A stretch of DNA of 64,000 nucleotides from Alphaproteobacteria bacterium (GCA_038131935.1 JAYPQH010000001.1:1-64000); one strand, 5' to 3'; counted from the first letter of the stretch, positions 42,203-53,220 are shown. The notes: generated by a model from the letters alone, not told the origin. Numbers and translations are program-made.

Positions 42203-43417
42203 TCAATCAAAAAAGCGTTGTGGACAAAAAATTTCTTGGGGATCAAAAGCGTGGCGCATCCTATGCTCCAAATTTTTCACAGAAAGATCTGGCTCCTGTC
42301 GCCATCCAAACCGTTCTTTGAGATGATGGCCATCACGTACAATCACAAATGATGCGGATAGCCCACCTATCACAGCCATCGCATCATGCCATTCAACCTC
42401 AGATTGGTCTCCCCATAGCCATGCCAAACCTCCAGCCCAATCAAAACTCACCTGAAGACCTTCAGGCAGTTGTTCTGCCAGCAACGTGGCGTCAGTAGGT
42501 TTAAGGTGCACCCTAAGAATAGTTTTGCCCATGTGGCCATGACGGATATGAGCATAATCATTCCAGAAACTTTGTGAGAGATGCTCCCGGATAATCGCAG
42601 ATGGTTTATGCTCCAACCATTGTGCCATTCGCTCTAGACGCATATCCAGCGCATTGGCCGCACCATCCATTCCCACAACAACCCACCAGCCACCATCCAT
42701 GGGCTCAGGTGCAATATCCAAACTGGCTGGAAAAAATCCAAAGTAGCTTGCATCCAGAGGCGCGCGCCATGCTTTTCTAGCCAATGCAGCAGCCTCTTGG
42801 ATGGTTGGCACTGAAAAAAACAAACTTGCTTCCGATTGTGGGCGAGGCAATGTTTTGACAACAAGTTCTGTCATAGCTGCAAGTGTGCCAAAACTTCCTG
42901 TCATCAATTTGGAGACGTCATAACCTGTCACGTTCTTCACAACACGGCCGCCAGATTTAAAAACCTCACCACGGCCTGAAACCGCACGGAACCCCAGAAC
43001 ATGATCACGCACAGAGCCAGCCTTCAATCGACGAGAACCCGCAAGCCCAGAGGCAACAAGACCACCCATTGTTCCACCTTGCCCTTGTGCATCGAACAAA
43101 TAATCAAGATCCAATGGCTCAAATGCCATCATTTGCCCTTGTTGGCGCAGCAGATCTTTAACTATTCTTACAGACGTACCAGGACGCAGCGCGACAAATA
43201 ACTCTGCAGGCTCATAGGCAATCAAGCCATCAAGTTTTTGCATATCTAGCAAAGCGTCAGGGTTAATACGGTTTGTATACCCCATCCATTGGCGCGAATT
43301 GCGCCCTTTTATGGCCATTTTTTTACCTGAGCCCAGAGCCCAAACAACAGCCTCTTGCACATCTTTCTCATCTCTTGGATGGAACGTCTCTGCAGTTTGT
43401 AAAGTTGTCATCTTCAA
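42203..43417 (-). CDS. glcE: Glycolate oxidase FAD subunit GlcE
   Basis: YEPAEL, RDHVLG, GGRVVKNVTGYDVSKL, FDP. Confidence 0.93.
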   Translation of the reverse strand: MKMTTLQTAETFHPRDEKDVQEAVVWALGSGKKMAIKGRNSRQWMGYTNRINPDALLDMQKLDGLIAYEPAELFVALRPGTSVRIVKDLLRQQGQMMAFEPLDLDYLFDAQGQGGTMGGLVASGLAGSRRLKAGSVRDHVLGFRAVSGRGEVFKSGGRVVKNVTGYDVSKLMTGSFGTLAAMTELVVKTLPRPQSEASLFFSVPTIQEAAALARKAWRAPLDASYFGFFPASLDIAPEPMDGGWWVVVGMDGAANALDMRLERMAQWLEHKPSAIIREHLSQSFWNDYAHIRHGHMGKTILRVHLKPTDATLLAEQLPEGLQVSFDWAGGLAWLWGDQSEVEWHDAMAVIGGLSASFVIVRDGHHLKERFGWRQEPDLSVKNLEHRMRHAFDPQEIFCPQRFFD

Positions 43418-44910
43418 AACCTTGGCAAATCAGGTCTGGGTAATTGGCCATGATGCACATGTACACGGCCCAACTCAGCACACCGATGCAATGTTGGGAA
43501 TACTTTTCCGGGGTTTAGATTTTGATCTGGGTCAAATGCACATTTGATTCGCTGTTGCTGTTGGAGATCAATATCCGTGAACATCTCATGCATGAGGTCG
43601 CGTTTTTCAACACCTACACCATGCTCCCCTGTGAGGACACCACCAACTGACACGCATAGTTTCAGAATATCTCGCCCAAACAACTCTGCTTTTTCCATAT
43701 CTCCAGGACGGTTGGCATCAAACAAAATCAGCGGATGCAGGTTCCCATCTCCAGCATGAAAAACATTAGCAACCCCTAAACCATGCTTATCCGCCAATTC
43801 TGATATCCCATTGAGAACTTTGGCCAAATGTTTGCGGGGAATCGTTCCATCCATACAGATATAATCTGGTGATATCCGCCCCACAGCAGGAAAAGCATTT
43901 TTTCGTCCTGCCCAATGGGCTTGTCGCTCCTCTTCGGTTTCGGAGACGGCAATACTTGTTGCACCGCAACGACGCGCAATTGCTGAGACATCGTCCAACA
44001 AAGCGTCAACTTCCTCACTTGTCCCGTCCAACTCAACAATGAGCATGGCTTCCGCGTCTCGAGGATAACCTGCATGCACATAATCTTCAGCAGCGTTAAT
44101 GGCAGGACGGTCCATCATTTCCATACCAGCAGGGATAATTCCTTGTGCAATAACTTCTGCCACACAAGCCCCCCCTGCTTCTACGCTGTCAAATGCAAGC
44201 AGAACAGACCGAGCACGCTCAGGTGATGGCAATAGGCGGACCGTTACTTCCGTGACAACCCCCAGCAATCCCTCAGAACCATTGATGATACCGAGCAAAT
44301 CAAATCCAGGGGTATCAAGACTTCCTCCTCCACCTAGCCTTGTCACCGTTCCATCCATCAAGACCAACTCAACGCTCAACACATTGTTTGTTGTAAGTCC
44401 GTATTTGAGGCAATGAACACCACCCGAATTTTCTGCAACGTTACCCCCAATGGAACAGGCAATTTGTGAAGATGGGTCAGGTGCATAGTAAAAACCATCA
44501 TCTTGGACAGCCCGTGTTATGGCAAGGTTGGTCACACCAGGCTGAACGATGGCCTGCTGGTTTTCATAATCCACATCAAGTATTTTATTGAATTTTGTCA
44601 TGACCAATAAAATTGCATCTGCGGCAGGCAATGATCCGCCGGACAATGAAGTACCAGATCCCCTAGGAACAACCTTCACACCCATTTTCTGGGCATATGA
44701 CAAGACAGCGGATACCTCCTCCACGCAGGAAGGCAGGACTGCTACCAAAGGCATCTGCGTGTAAAGCGTGAGTGCATCACAGGAATAAGGAGAGAGTGCC
44801 GCTTCATCATGGATAACAGAGGATGCGCCTAGAATTCCTTCCAAGTCACGAATGATCTGCAATCGTTGCGCAATAACCTGTGCATCTGGGGCGGGCATTT
44901 GTGTGAGCAT
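43414..44910 (-). CDS. glcD: Glycolate oxidase FAD subunit GlcD
   Basis: PRGSGTSLSGG, APDPSSQIACSIGGNVAENSGG, FHAGDGNLHP, GEHGVG, LNPGK. Confidence 0.96.
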   Translation of the reverse strand: MLTQMPAPDAQVIAQRLQIIRDLEGILGASSVIHDEAALSPYSCDALTLYTQMPLVAVLPSCVEEVSAVLSYAQKMGVKVVPRGSGTSLSGGSLPAADAILLVMTKFNKILDVDYENQQAIVQPGVTNLAITRAVQDDGFYYAPDPSSQIACSIGGNVAENSGGVHCLKYGLTTNNVLSVELVLMDGTVTRLGGGGSLDTPGFDLLGIINGSEGLLGVVTEVTVRLLPSPERARSVLLAFDSVEAGGACVAEVIAQGIIPAGMEMMDRPAINAAEDYVHAGYPRDAEAMLIVELDGTSEEVDALLDDVSAIARRCGATSIAVSETEEERQAHWAGRKNAFPAVGRISPDYICMDGTIPRKHLAKVLNGISELADKHGLGVANVFHAGDGNLHPLILFDANRPGDMEKAELFGRDILKLCVSVGGVLTGEHGVGVEKRDLMHEMFTDIDLQQQQRIKCAFDPDQNLNPGKVFPTLHRCAELGRVHVHHGQLPRPDLPRF

Positions 44911-44984
44911 GGCGCAAGACCTTCCTTACATGTTGTTGCGCGAACATAAGGGAGGCTAGGAAGCGACGCAAGGATGGTAAATTG

Positions 44985-45833
44985 TCATCCCCGCACGCGC
45001 CATCGATGATGAAGCCACAGCCATAAATGGGGCTCGCGACGCACCCATGACTCGATTTGGTTTTGTAGCCACTGATGATGTTGTTTTTCATGAGCGCCAT
45101 ATACAGGCGCATTGACAAGAACGGTCCAGCGACCACGGGCAAGCGTAAGTCGGGCTAGGATAATGGGACAATCAAGAGATGCAGACATATGAATAGGACC
45201 GGGAGATGCCATAGCTGGCGCCCCCAAAAACTGAATGCGTTCACCACGGCTATGATGTTGATCAGCTGTCATGAGAAGCTTATGGCCCTGCTTTACATAA
45301 CGTATAGCCCCTAGACTTCCCGCACGTCTTTTGTTGAACACTGGGGCATGCGACTGAAGCAAACGGCGCTGAACTTCCTTTTCCACAAGTGGATTGTTGT
45401 ATGATCTATACATCAAGCCAAGGCCTTGGTGTACGTTAGGCTGTGGTCGCCTCAACCATTCCATGGGGCCTATATGAGCGGTGATAACGAGCGCCCTTTT
45501 GTTTGCATCTGCCAATAAGGCAAGTGCATCTGGGTGACCCTCCCAAGTCAGTGCAACCGGACCTGGAGCAATCATCTGAGCAATGGCCTTACCCCAGAAA
45601 CGCCAAACTGAATGACCAAAATCTTTATGATCGCCTAATGGCACCTGTCCTGACGCCGACTTCACATTATCGAAAAGTCGACGTGAAGCAGGAACCAAAG
45701 GGCCTAAACGCTCTAGTATAAAAATGAATAGGGCTTCGCGCATCCATGATGGCAAAGCGATAAGAGCATCTACCAAAATCTTAAGCGGCAGATATGCGAT
45801 CCAAGAGGCGATACCGGCCCGTTTGCCGGCCAT
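44985..45833 (-). CDS. Lipid A late acyltransferase family (LpxL/HtrB-like)
   Basis: TAHIGPME (H-x4-E), YR..NNP, ADQ, FLG, P..WLWLHHRW. Confidence 0.85.
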   Translation of the reverse strand: MAGKRAGIASWIAYLPLKILVDALIALPSWMREALFIFILERLGPLVPASRRLFDNVKSASGQVPLGDHKDFGHSVWRFWGKAIAQMIAPGPVALTWEGHPDALALLADANKRALVITAHIGPMEWLRRPQPNVHQGLGLMYRSYNNPLVEKEVQRRLLQSHAPVFNKRRAGSLGAIRYVKQGHKLLMTADQHHSRGERIQFLGAPAMASPGPIHMSASLDCPIILARLTLARGRWTVLVNAPVYGAHEKQHHQWLQNQIESWVRREPHLWLWLHHRWRVRG

Positions 45834-45836
45834 GTA

Positions 45837-45962
45837 TCAGCCTTGGCGTGCTTTGAAACGACGCTGTGTCTTGTTGATTACATACACCCTGCCACGACGA
45901 CGCACGATACGATTTTCCCGGTGACGGTTTTTTAAAGATCGAAGCGAGTTTCTAATCTTCAT
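45837..45962 (-). CDS. rpmJ: 50S ribosomal protein L36, zinc-independent type (41 aa, not in ORF track)
   Basis: Hand translation [41 protein letters not shown]; GAGG RBS. Confidence 0.97.
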   Translation of the reverse strand: MKIRNSLRSLKNRHRENRIVRRRGRVYVINKTQRRFKARQG

Positions 45963-46022
45963 AACAATATCCTCTCTGAGCCTAACCGCTCAATCTACCC
46001 CAATGTTCATTCATACCAATAA

Positions 46023-46099
46023 TGGTGGGTCCAGGCAGACTCGAACTGCCGACCTCTGCCATGTCAAGGCAGCACTCTAACCAACTGAGCTATGGACCC
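46023..46099 (-). tRNA. tRNA-Val(GAC)
   Basis: Cloverleaf GGGTCCA...TGGACCC-A-CCA, anticodon arm CTGCC-TTGACAT-GGCAG, T-loop TTCGAGT. Confidence 0.96.
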
Positions 46100-46186
46100 G
46101 AAACGAACAACAAAAGGTTTCATTTGCATAAAGTGAGGCTTATACATTGACTAGTAGAGGCATGCAACCATGTTTCATCCCATAAC

Positions 46187-46990
46187 ATGGCCATAACATG
46201 GGAGGCTATGATCGACGACTTTAATCTTATAATCGCCCTGCCACATTCAGGGCGTGATCTGTCTTTTGCCAAGCAATTGGGATGCACCAAATGGGATGAA
46301 ACCATGCATCAAAGCTTTGCAGATCCCCATCTTGATTGTCTCATACCCTATTTTCAATCTCTTACTGAGCATATCATTTATCATGAAGTTGCCCGCTCAT
46401 TGGTAGATACCAACCGTTGTCCAGCTGATATTCCCCCAAAATTAATGGAAGGTCACTCAAAGACCTTATGCTCTTGCAAAGGAAATCTTCATCGCGAGCA
46501 AATTGGGCTTGGATTGTTACCAAAGCGTAATGCAAAGGGAGCTCTTCTACCAAGAACCATAGAACATGAAGCCGTTAAAGTTGCACAACATATTCATCAC
46601 ACCTACCATAACAAGTTAGCCACCAAGATCACACAATGCATATCCAAGCCTCGTATCATACTTGAATTGCATTCTATGCCAGACAAGGCAGCCCCCAATG
46701 TGGGGTTTTGTCTTGGAACACGACAAGGGCTGAGTTCAGATATAACAATAACACAAGCTTTATGCAGAGGATTACAACAAAGTTATCCCAAAACGCCCAT
46801 GAGTATCGATACGCCCTTTGCAGGTCTTTACAGCGCCGCGCAGCATGGTAAACCTCGCGAAAAAACACATTTCATACAACTGGAAGTCAATAGAAAATTA
46901 ATTGGCGTGAAGCCAGATGACATCAAGCAACATGGTACATTACTATCTGATGCATTAGGCCGTATGGCTGAGCTTCTTGAAAATAGGTAA
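46187..46990 (+). CDS. N-formylglutamate amidohydrolase family protein (paralog 2, divergent)
   Basis: PHSG, RSLVDTNR, GLGL, YH, LHSMP, LGTRQG, PFAG, QLEVNR. Confidence 0.82.
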   Translation: MAITWEAMIDDFNLIIALPHSGRDLSFAKQLGCTKWDETMHQSFADPHLDCLIPYFQSLTEHIIYHEVARSLVDTNRCPADIPPKLMEGHSKTLCSCKGNLHREQIGLGLLPKRNAKGALLPRTIEHEAVKVAQHIHHTYHNKLATKITQCISKPRIILELHSMPDKAAPNVGFCLGTRQGLSSDITITQALCRGLQQSYPKTPMSIDTPFAGLYSAAQHGKPREKTHFIQLEVNRKLIGVKPDDIKQHGTLLSDALGRMAELLENR

Positions 46991-46993
46991 AAT

Positions 46994-47078
46994 AAAAAAA
47001 AGGGCTCCAAGAGGAGCCCAAGTTAACAGGGAGGTAACGCCCCAAAGGGGCATCCGAAAGATAAAAACCTTTCGTTAA
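46994..47078 (-). ncRNA. suhB/MmgR (alpha-r8) family small RNA with its own terminator (5' end approximate)
   Basis: Minus strand: hairpin CGAAAG..CTTTCG, hairpin GCCCC-TTT-GGGGC, unpaired TTACCTCCCTG (anti-SD-like), ACTT, terminator GGGCTCC-TCTT-GGAGCCC-T8; next to formylglutamate amidohydrolase and close to hisN. Confidence 0.75.
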
Positions 47079-47082
47079 ACAG

Positions 47083-47103
47083 TATATATGCTGCATTGCA
47101 CAA
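47083..47103 (-). promoter_or_regulatory. Conserved MmgR-type promoter element / PhaR(AniA)-like box
   Basis: Minus strand TTGTGCAATGCAGCATATATA immediately upstream of the sRNA. Confidence 0.6.
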
Positions 47104-47111
47104 TTTTCAAG

Positions 47112-48109
47112 TTATTTATTGAGATTTATGACAATTTTTCCTAACGCAGATCTATTTTCAAGCATTTTAAGGCCTTCCAAGGCGCCCTCAAAGCCATCTA
47201 GAACCTCATAAAAGGGACGAATAAGTCCTCCGCGCACTTTTTCCAGCAATGTTGTAATTGTTTGTTGATACAATTCAGGTTGGTTATGTACATATCCACC
47301 CCAGTAAAACCCTATCACATCAATATTTTTCACGAGCAATAAGTTGGCGGGAAATTGTGGTGGTGGTCCACCTGCAAAACCAATCACCAAATATCGACCT
47401 TGAAAGGCAAGCAATGACAGATTTGTTCGTGCAGCCTCACCACCAATGGCATCATAGACAACATCTATAGGCCTACGCCCAAACCGCCCTTCGACTTCAC
47501 TTCTAAACGTTTCATCTAGTAAGAAGACATGCTGATAACCTCGGCTTTCAAGAAGCTCTTTTCTCTGAGGTGAACTGGCTGAGAGAATGACCTCATGCCC
47601 TGCTGCCTGGGCCAATTCTGCTGCGGTTCTCCCACCCCAGAAGTTCCCCCATGAATAAGAACACGTTCACCAGCGCGCAATCTTGCACGCTGATACAGGC
47701 CTGCCTCAGACGTACCATACCCAACTGGAAGGCAGGAAGCTTGGAAGTCTGATACATCGTGGGGTATAGGAACAAGCTGTTCTTCTGGAAAATTGGCTAA
47801 GCTGCACAACCCACCATAATCCACAAGACCCACAACCCGCTGCAGATGACGGGGATGATCAGGCATATCGATCTTACCAGTTATTTCCAAACCGGGACTG
47901 AAGGCACCCTCAGGCTTAATTTGATAGGTGCCCTTACATAGCAACAAATCGGCAAAATTTAGCGCACAGCTGGTTATCTGCACCCGCAATTCTCCCTCCT
48001 TAGGAGGGTCACAGGTCCATTGATCCAGTTGGAGATCCTTGAAATCACCTGGTGTGGGCATTCGTAACCCTATAGCTTTGTTTTGACGTTCATGCGAAAA
48101 TTGAACCAT
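47112..48109 (-). CDS. NADPH:quinone oxidoreductase (MDR family; frameshift at C-run ~47631-47633)
   Basis: LNFADLL..KGTYQ, PGLE, LIHGGTSGVG, DVVYDAIGG, IGFAGG, NLLLVKN, GKIV; one added base gives GVGRTAAELAQ. Confidence 0.9.
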
Positions 48110-48148
48110 ACAACTTCCCCTTCAAACCACTTCGCGGAGTTTTGAACC

Positions 48149-48934
48149 TTGTTACATATAGATCACAAAGATCATATGGCGGCTATGCAGTCATTAAATG
48201 ACGCCCGCAATGTGATTACCAAGCGCTTTCGGAAAGAATTTACCACCGATGATAAATCAACCGGAGGCGTTTTTGATCCCGTCACAGAAGTAGACAAACA
48301 AACAGAGGCAGCTATGCGCGCTGTTTTGCGTCAAACCACCCATGCCATTGTGGGCGAAGAATATCCTGATGAACAAGGCAGATCAGCACTTCATTGGTTG
48401 ATTGACCCCATTGATGGCACGCGGGCATTTCTTACAGGCATGCCCACATTCATGACCCTACTCGGACTTATTGATGGCGAAACCCCCAAAATAGGATATG
48501 CTGACCAACCCATATTACGTGAGCGTTTCATGGGAAATAACCATGAAGCCTTTTTGGTCCGAGATACAGAAACACAAGCCTTAAGAACAGCTGCCCACAA
48601 ACCACTTGAGGATATACTCGTTGCGACAACGTCACCTGCAATATTTGCAAGCAACCATGAACGTTATGCTCATGAACAATTAACAAAAAACGTGAAGCTC
48701 ATGAGGTATGGGGGTGACTCCTATAATTATTGCATGCTCGCAATGGGAATGATTGATGCCGTGGTAGAACCAGGACTGCAAACTTACGATATCCACCCAC
48801 TCACCCCTATCGTCAAAGGCGCTGGGGGATCTGTTGTCAACTTCGAGGGTGGAAATGAATTTACAGGTCAAATTATTGCGGCTTCAAGCGAAGCCCTAGC
48901 GCAAGAAATTGTTAGACTTATAAGCCCTTCATGA
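48149..48934 (+). CDS. hisN: Histidinol-phosphatase, inositol monophosphatase family (HisN)
   Basis: FDPVTEVD, GEE, WLIDPIDGTRAFLTGMP, RYGGDSYNYCMLAMG, YDI. Confidence 0.85.
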   Translation: MLHIDHKDHMAAMQSLNDARNVITKRFRKEFTTDDKSTGGVFDPVTEVDKQTEAAMRAVLRQTTHAIVGEEYPDEQGRSALHWLIDPIDGTRAFLTGMPTFMTLLGLIDGETPKIGYADQPILRERFMGNNHEAFLVRDTETQALRTAAHKPLEDILVATTSPAIFASNHERYAHEQLTKNVKLMRYGGDSYNYCMLAMGMIDAVVEPGLQTYDIHPLTPIVKGAGGSVVNFEGGNEFTGQIIAASSEALAQEIVRLISPS

Positions 48935-49226
48935 GTTTTGCCAATTTACCAACCAAATCCAAATCACCTCGGATGCTTATCCGCCCCATCATAACTGCGA
49001 ATGTGGGACTTACAGTCCCTTCGCGAAGACCTTGTAATGTTTCAATATCCATCGTCACTGTTGCATCCGGATCACCATCTTGTCGGCCCGGAAAGACCTC
49101 ACAAGTTGAGGCGTCAATCAACAATTCACCCAACCCATGAACGCATACGAGCACTGATCCTTCTTGCAGATCGCTGCCAACCAATTTGGCACGAATCTTT
49201 TCCGCAATTTCTGAAATATCAGCCAT
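48918..49226 (-). CDS. SCP2 sterol/lipid-binding domain protein
   Basis: DATVT...GTVSPTFAVMMGRISIRGD. Confidence 0.85.
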   Translation of the reverse strand: MADISEIAEKIRAKLVGSDLQEGSVLVCVHGLGELLIDASTCEVFPGRQDGDPDATVTMDIETLQGLREGTVSPTFAVMMGRISIRGDLDLVGKLAKLMKGL

Positions 49227-49227
49227 A

Positions 49228-49665
49228 TTATGTTGATGACCGTGATGGCGCTATCACAAGGGCAGAGCCTTCTGTGACAACCTTGTCACCGACGCGACAG
49301 CGGCAGGTAAACGTTACCCGGTTTTTTTTCCTATCTATTGCAGATACAACAACCTCAGCAGTAAGCTCATCATCTATATGAACAGGTGCACGAAAAACAT
49401 TGTCAATTTTTAAAAGGATGGTGCCCTGTCCAGGCAACTGCGTTCCCAAAACCGTTGAGACAAAACTGGTCGAGAGCACCCCGTGCGCAATGCGACCTTT
49501 AAACATGGTTGCAGATGCGAACTCCTGATCCAAATGAACGGGGTTTGTATCACCTGACGCTTGTGCAAATGCGACAATGGTTTGCTCATCAACAATACGG
49601 GTATAGGTAGCGGTCTGACCTTCGGCCATATCCTCTATAAAAATAGTTTGGGCAGCTGTCGTCAT
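49228..49665 (-). CDS. MaoC-family (R)-specific enoyl-CoA hydratase (PhaJ-like)
   Basis: FAQASGDTNPVHLD, RIAHG, LGTQLPG, FRAPV. Confidence 0.9.
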   Translation of the reverse strand: MTTAAQTIFIEDMAEGQTATYTRIVDEQTIVAFAQASGDTNPVHLDQEFASATMFKGRIAHGVLSTSFVSTVLGTQLPGQGTILLKIDNVFRAPVHIDDELTAEVVVSAIDRKKNRVTFTCRCRVGDKVVTEGSALVIAPSRSST

Positions 49666-49702
49666 GTTCAAAAACCTTCTGTTAAAGTCGAGCGTTTTAC
49701 CC

Positions 49703-50551
49703 TTACCATGTAAGGTGTTCTAATGCGTAGCTTGCATGAACATGATGTTCTGACAATGCCTCTTTAGCCAATGTCCACAAACGATCTTGGGCCACGTCTC
49801 CCACAAACAGACCTGAGAGAATATATAAACTGTCAAGCTTTTGCTCGTTCGCACCCATGATATCCGTTTGAGGTCCATCACCAATAACCAAAATTTTGTC
49901 ATTTGGTCCTTCAAACCCCAACCTTGCCAATCGCGCATGCGCTTCTTCATAGGCAAAAGGAAATGGTTTACCCAAATAAACTGTTTTTCCACCACTATTT
50001 TCATACAGCTCAGCCACCGAACCAGCACAAGGTAAAAGTCTGTCGCCTACTTTCACATGACGGTCGGGGTTGGCACACAAGAGGGTAAGGTCTCGAGATT
50101 TGATTTGGGCCAACATCGACTTGTAATCTTCTGGAGATTCCGTGCGATCATCTACCAAACCGGTGACCACAACCACCTCAGCATCATCCACATTTGAACA
50201 GCGTTGGAGATCCACCAATCCAAAAACCAAAAGGTCGCGCTCTGGCCCCACATGAAAAACAGTTTTAAACCCGTGTTTACGGAGATATGAAGCTGTCAAA
50301 TCTCCAGATGAAACAACGTCATCATAAGCAGAATTGGGCACACCCAGTTGTGTCATTTGGGTGCTAACCGCAGAAGACGGTCTTGGTGAATTTGTTAGCA
50401 TGACAACACACCCACCTTGCGCCCGAAAATTTTCTAACGCTTGGGCCGCTTGCTGATGCGCGTGAACACCATTATGAACCACGCCCCAAACATCGCATAT
50501 AATCGCTCGATAATTACTGGCGATATCCTGTAAACCTGAAATTTTAATCAT
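49703..50551 (-). CDS. HAD subfamily IIA hydrolase (TIGR01459 type)
   Basis: CDVWGVVHNG, LTNSPR, CANPD, GKP, IGDGPQTDIMGA. Confidence 0.92.
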   Translation of the reverse strand: MIKISGLQDIASNYRAIICDVWGVVHNGVHAHQQAAQALENFRAQGGCVVMLTNSPRPSSAVSTQMTQLGVPNSAYDDVVSSGDLTASYLRKHGFKTVFHVGPERDLLVFGLVDLQRCSNVDDAEVVVVTGLVDDRTESPEDYKSMLAQIKSRDLTLLCANPDRHVKVGDRLLPCAGSVAELYENSGGKTVYLGKPFPFAYEEAHARLARLGFEGPNDKILVIGDGPQTDIMGANEQKLDSLYILSGLFVGDVAQDRLWTLAKEALSEHHVHASYALEHLTW

Positions 50552-50578
50552 AAAAAATCCATTTTTTTTCGAAAACCC

Positions 50579-50608
50579 CTTGCAATTCGGGGGCACCTAA
50601 CCCTACAT
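50579..50608 (+). promoter_or_regulatory. Putative RpoH (sigma32) promoter of groESL
   Basis: CTTGCA-N17-CCTACAT, close to the alphaproteobacterial RpoH consensus, just upstream of CIRCE. Confidence 0.65.
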
Positions 50609-50616
50609 CCACGTCG

Positions 50617-50643
50617 TTGGCACTCAAACAGTGCGAGTGCTAA
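50617..50643 (+). promoter_or_regulatory. CIRCE element (HrcA operator)
   Basis: TTGGCACTC-N9-GAGTGCTAA, one mismatch from the consensus TTAGCACTC-N9-GAGTGCTAA. Confidence 0.95.
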
Positions 50644-50679
50644 CAATGTTTAACCAACTAATTTATGGAGTTTCGTGGC

Positions 50680-50967
50680 ATGGCTTTTCGTCCACTTCAC
50701 GACCGCGTTCTCGTTCGCCGCATTGATAGCGACGAGAAGACCGCTGGCGGTATCATTATCCCAGACACAGCAAAAGAAAAACCCCAAGAAGGTGAAATCA
50801 TCTCTGTAGGCGCAGGCGCTCGAGATGATTCCGGCAAAGTCGTCGCATTAGACGTTAAAGCTGGTGACCGGGTACTTTTCGGAAAGTGGTCTGGTACTGA
50901 AGTCAAAGTTGATGGTGAGGACCTCCTCATTATGAAAGAATCCGATATTCTCGGCATCGTCGAGTAA
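50680..50967 (+). CDS. groES: Co-chaperonin GroES
   Basis: [29 protein letters not shown]. Confidence 0.98.
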   Translation: MAFRPLHDRVLVRRIDSDEKTAGGIIIPDTAKEKPQEGEIISVGAGARDDSGKVVALDVKAGDRVLFGKWSGTEVKVDGEDLLIMKESDILGIVE

Positions 50968-52644
<1,677 letters not shown>

Positions 52645-52671
52645 TAGGATCACATCATCATTAAACATACG

Positions 52672-52700
52672 AAAGGGGGCATATATTGCTCCCTTTTTTT
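52672..52700 (+). terminator. Intrinsic terminator after groEL
   Basis: AAGGGGGC-ATATATT-GCTCCCTT followed by a T-run. Confidence 0.8.
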
Positions 52701-52797
52701 GTGCAAAGCCAATAAAACAATGCAGATCAAAACCTGTAGCCGATTGACCTAAACGGACCAACAGACGAGATATATTGGGAAATACATTTTGAGAAGA

Positions 52798-52874
52798 TGG
52801 TACCGTCGCCCTGAATTGAACAGGGGACCTCCAGTGCCACAAACTGGCGCTCTAACCAACTGAGCTACGACGGC
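52798..52874 (-). tRNA. tRNA-His(GTG), lacking G-1, with A73 discriminator
   Basis: GCCGTCG...CGACGGT-A-CCA; anticodon arm CCAGT-TTGTGGC-ACTGG; base at -1 is T. Confidence 0.95.
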
Positions 52875-52913
52875 ATACCACTATCTTCACTTGGATTGTA
52901 TCGTACCATATCA

Positions 52914-52988
<75 letters not shown>

Positions 52989-53031
52989 AAATTGGAACCA
53001 TGTGATAACAACGTCAATCAAGCGTCCTGCT

Positions 53032-53060
53032 CAATAGCGGAAACTACACCCATGGGTCAA
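53032..53060 (-). promoter_or_regulatory. Sigma70-type promoter for tRNA-Thr/tRNA-His
   Basis: Minus strand TTGACC-N17-CTATTG. Confidence 0.5.
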
Positions 53061-53089
53061 CCAAATCCCATTATAAATCGCAATGGACA

Positions 53090-53118
53090 TTGCGTCGCTT
53101 TAAAAGCATGTGTATAAC
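53090..53118 (+). promoter_or_regulatory. Sigma70-type promoter for tRNA-Phe
   Basis: TTGCGT-N17-TATAAC, 26 nt before the tRNA. Confidence 0.6.
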
Positions 53119-53144
53119 ACCTGTTCTGTCGCTTTGAAGACAGC

Positions 53145-53220
<76 letters not shown>

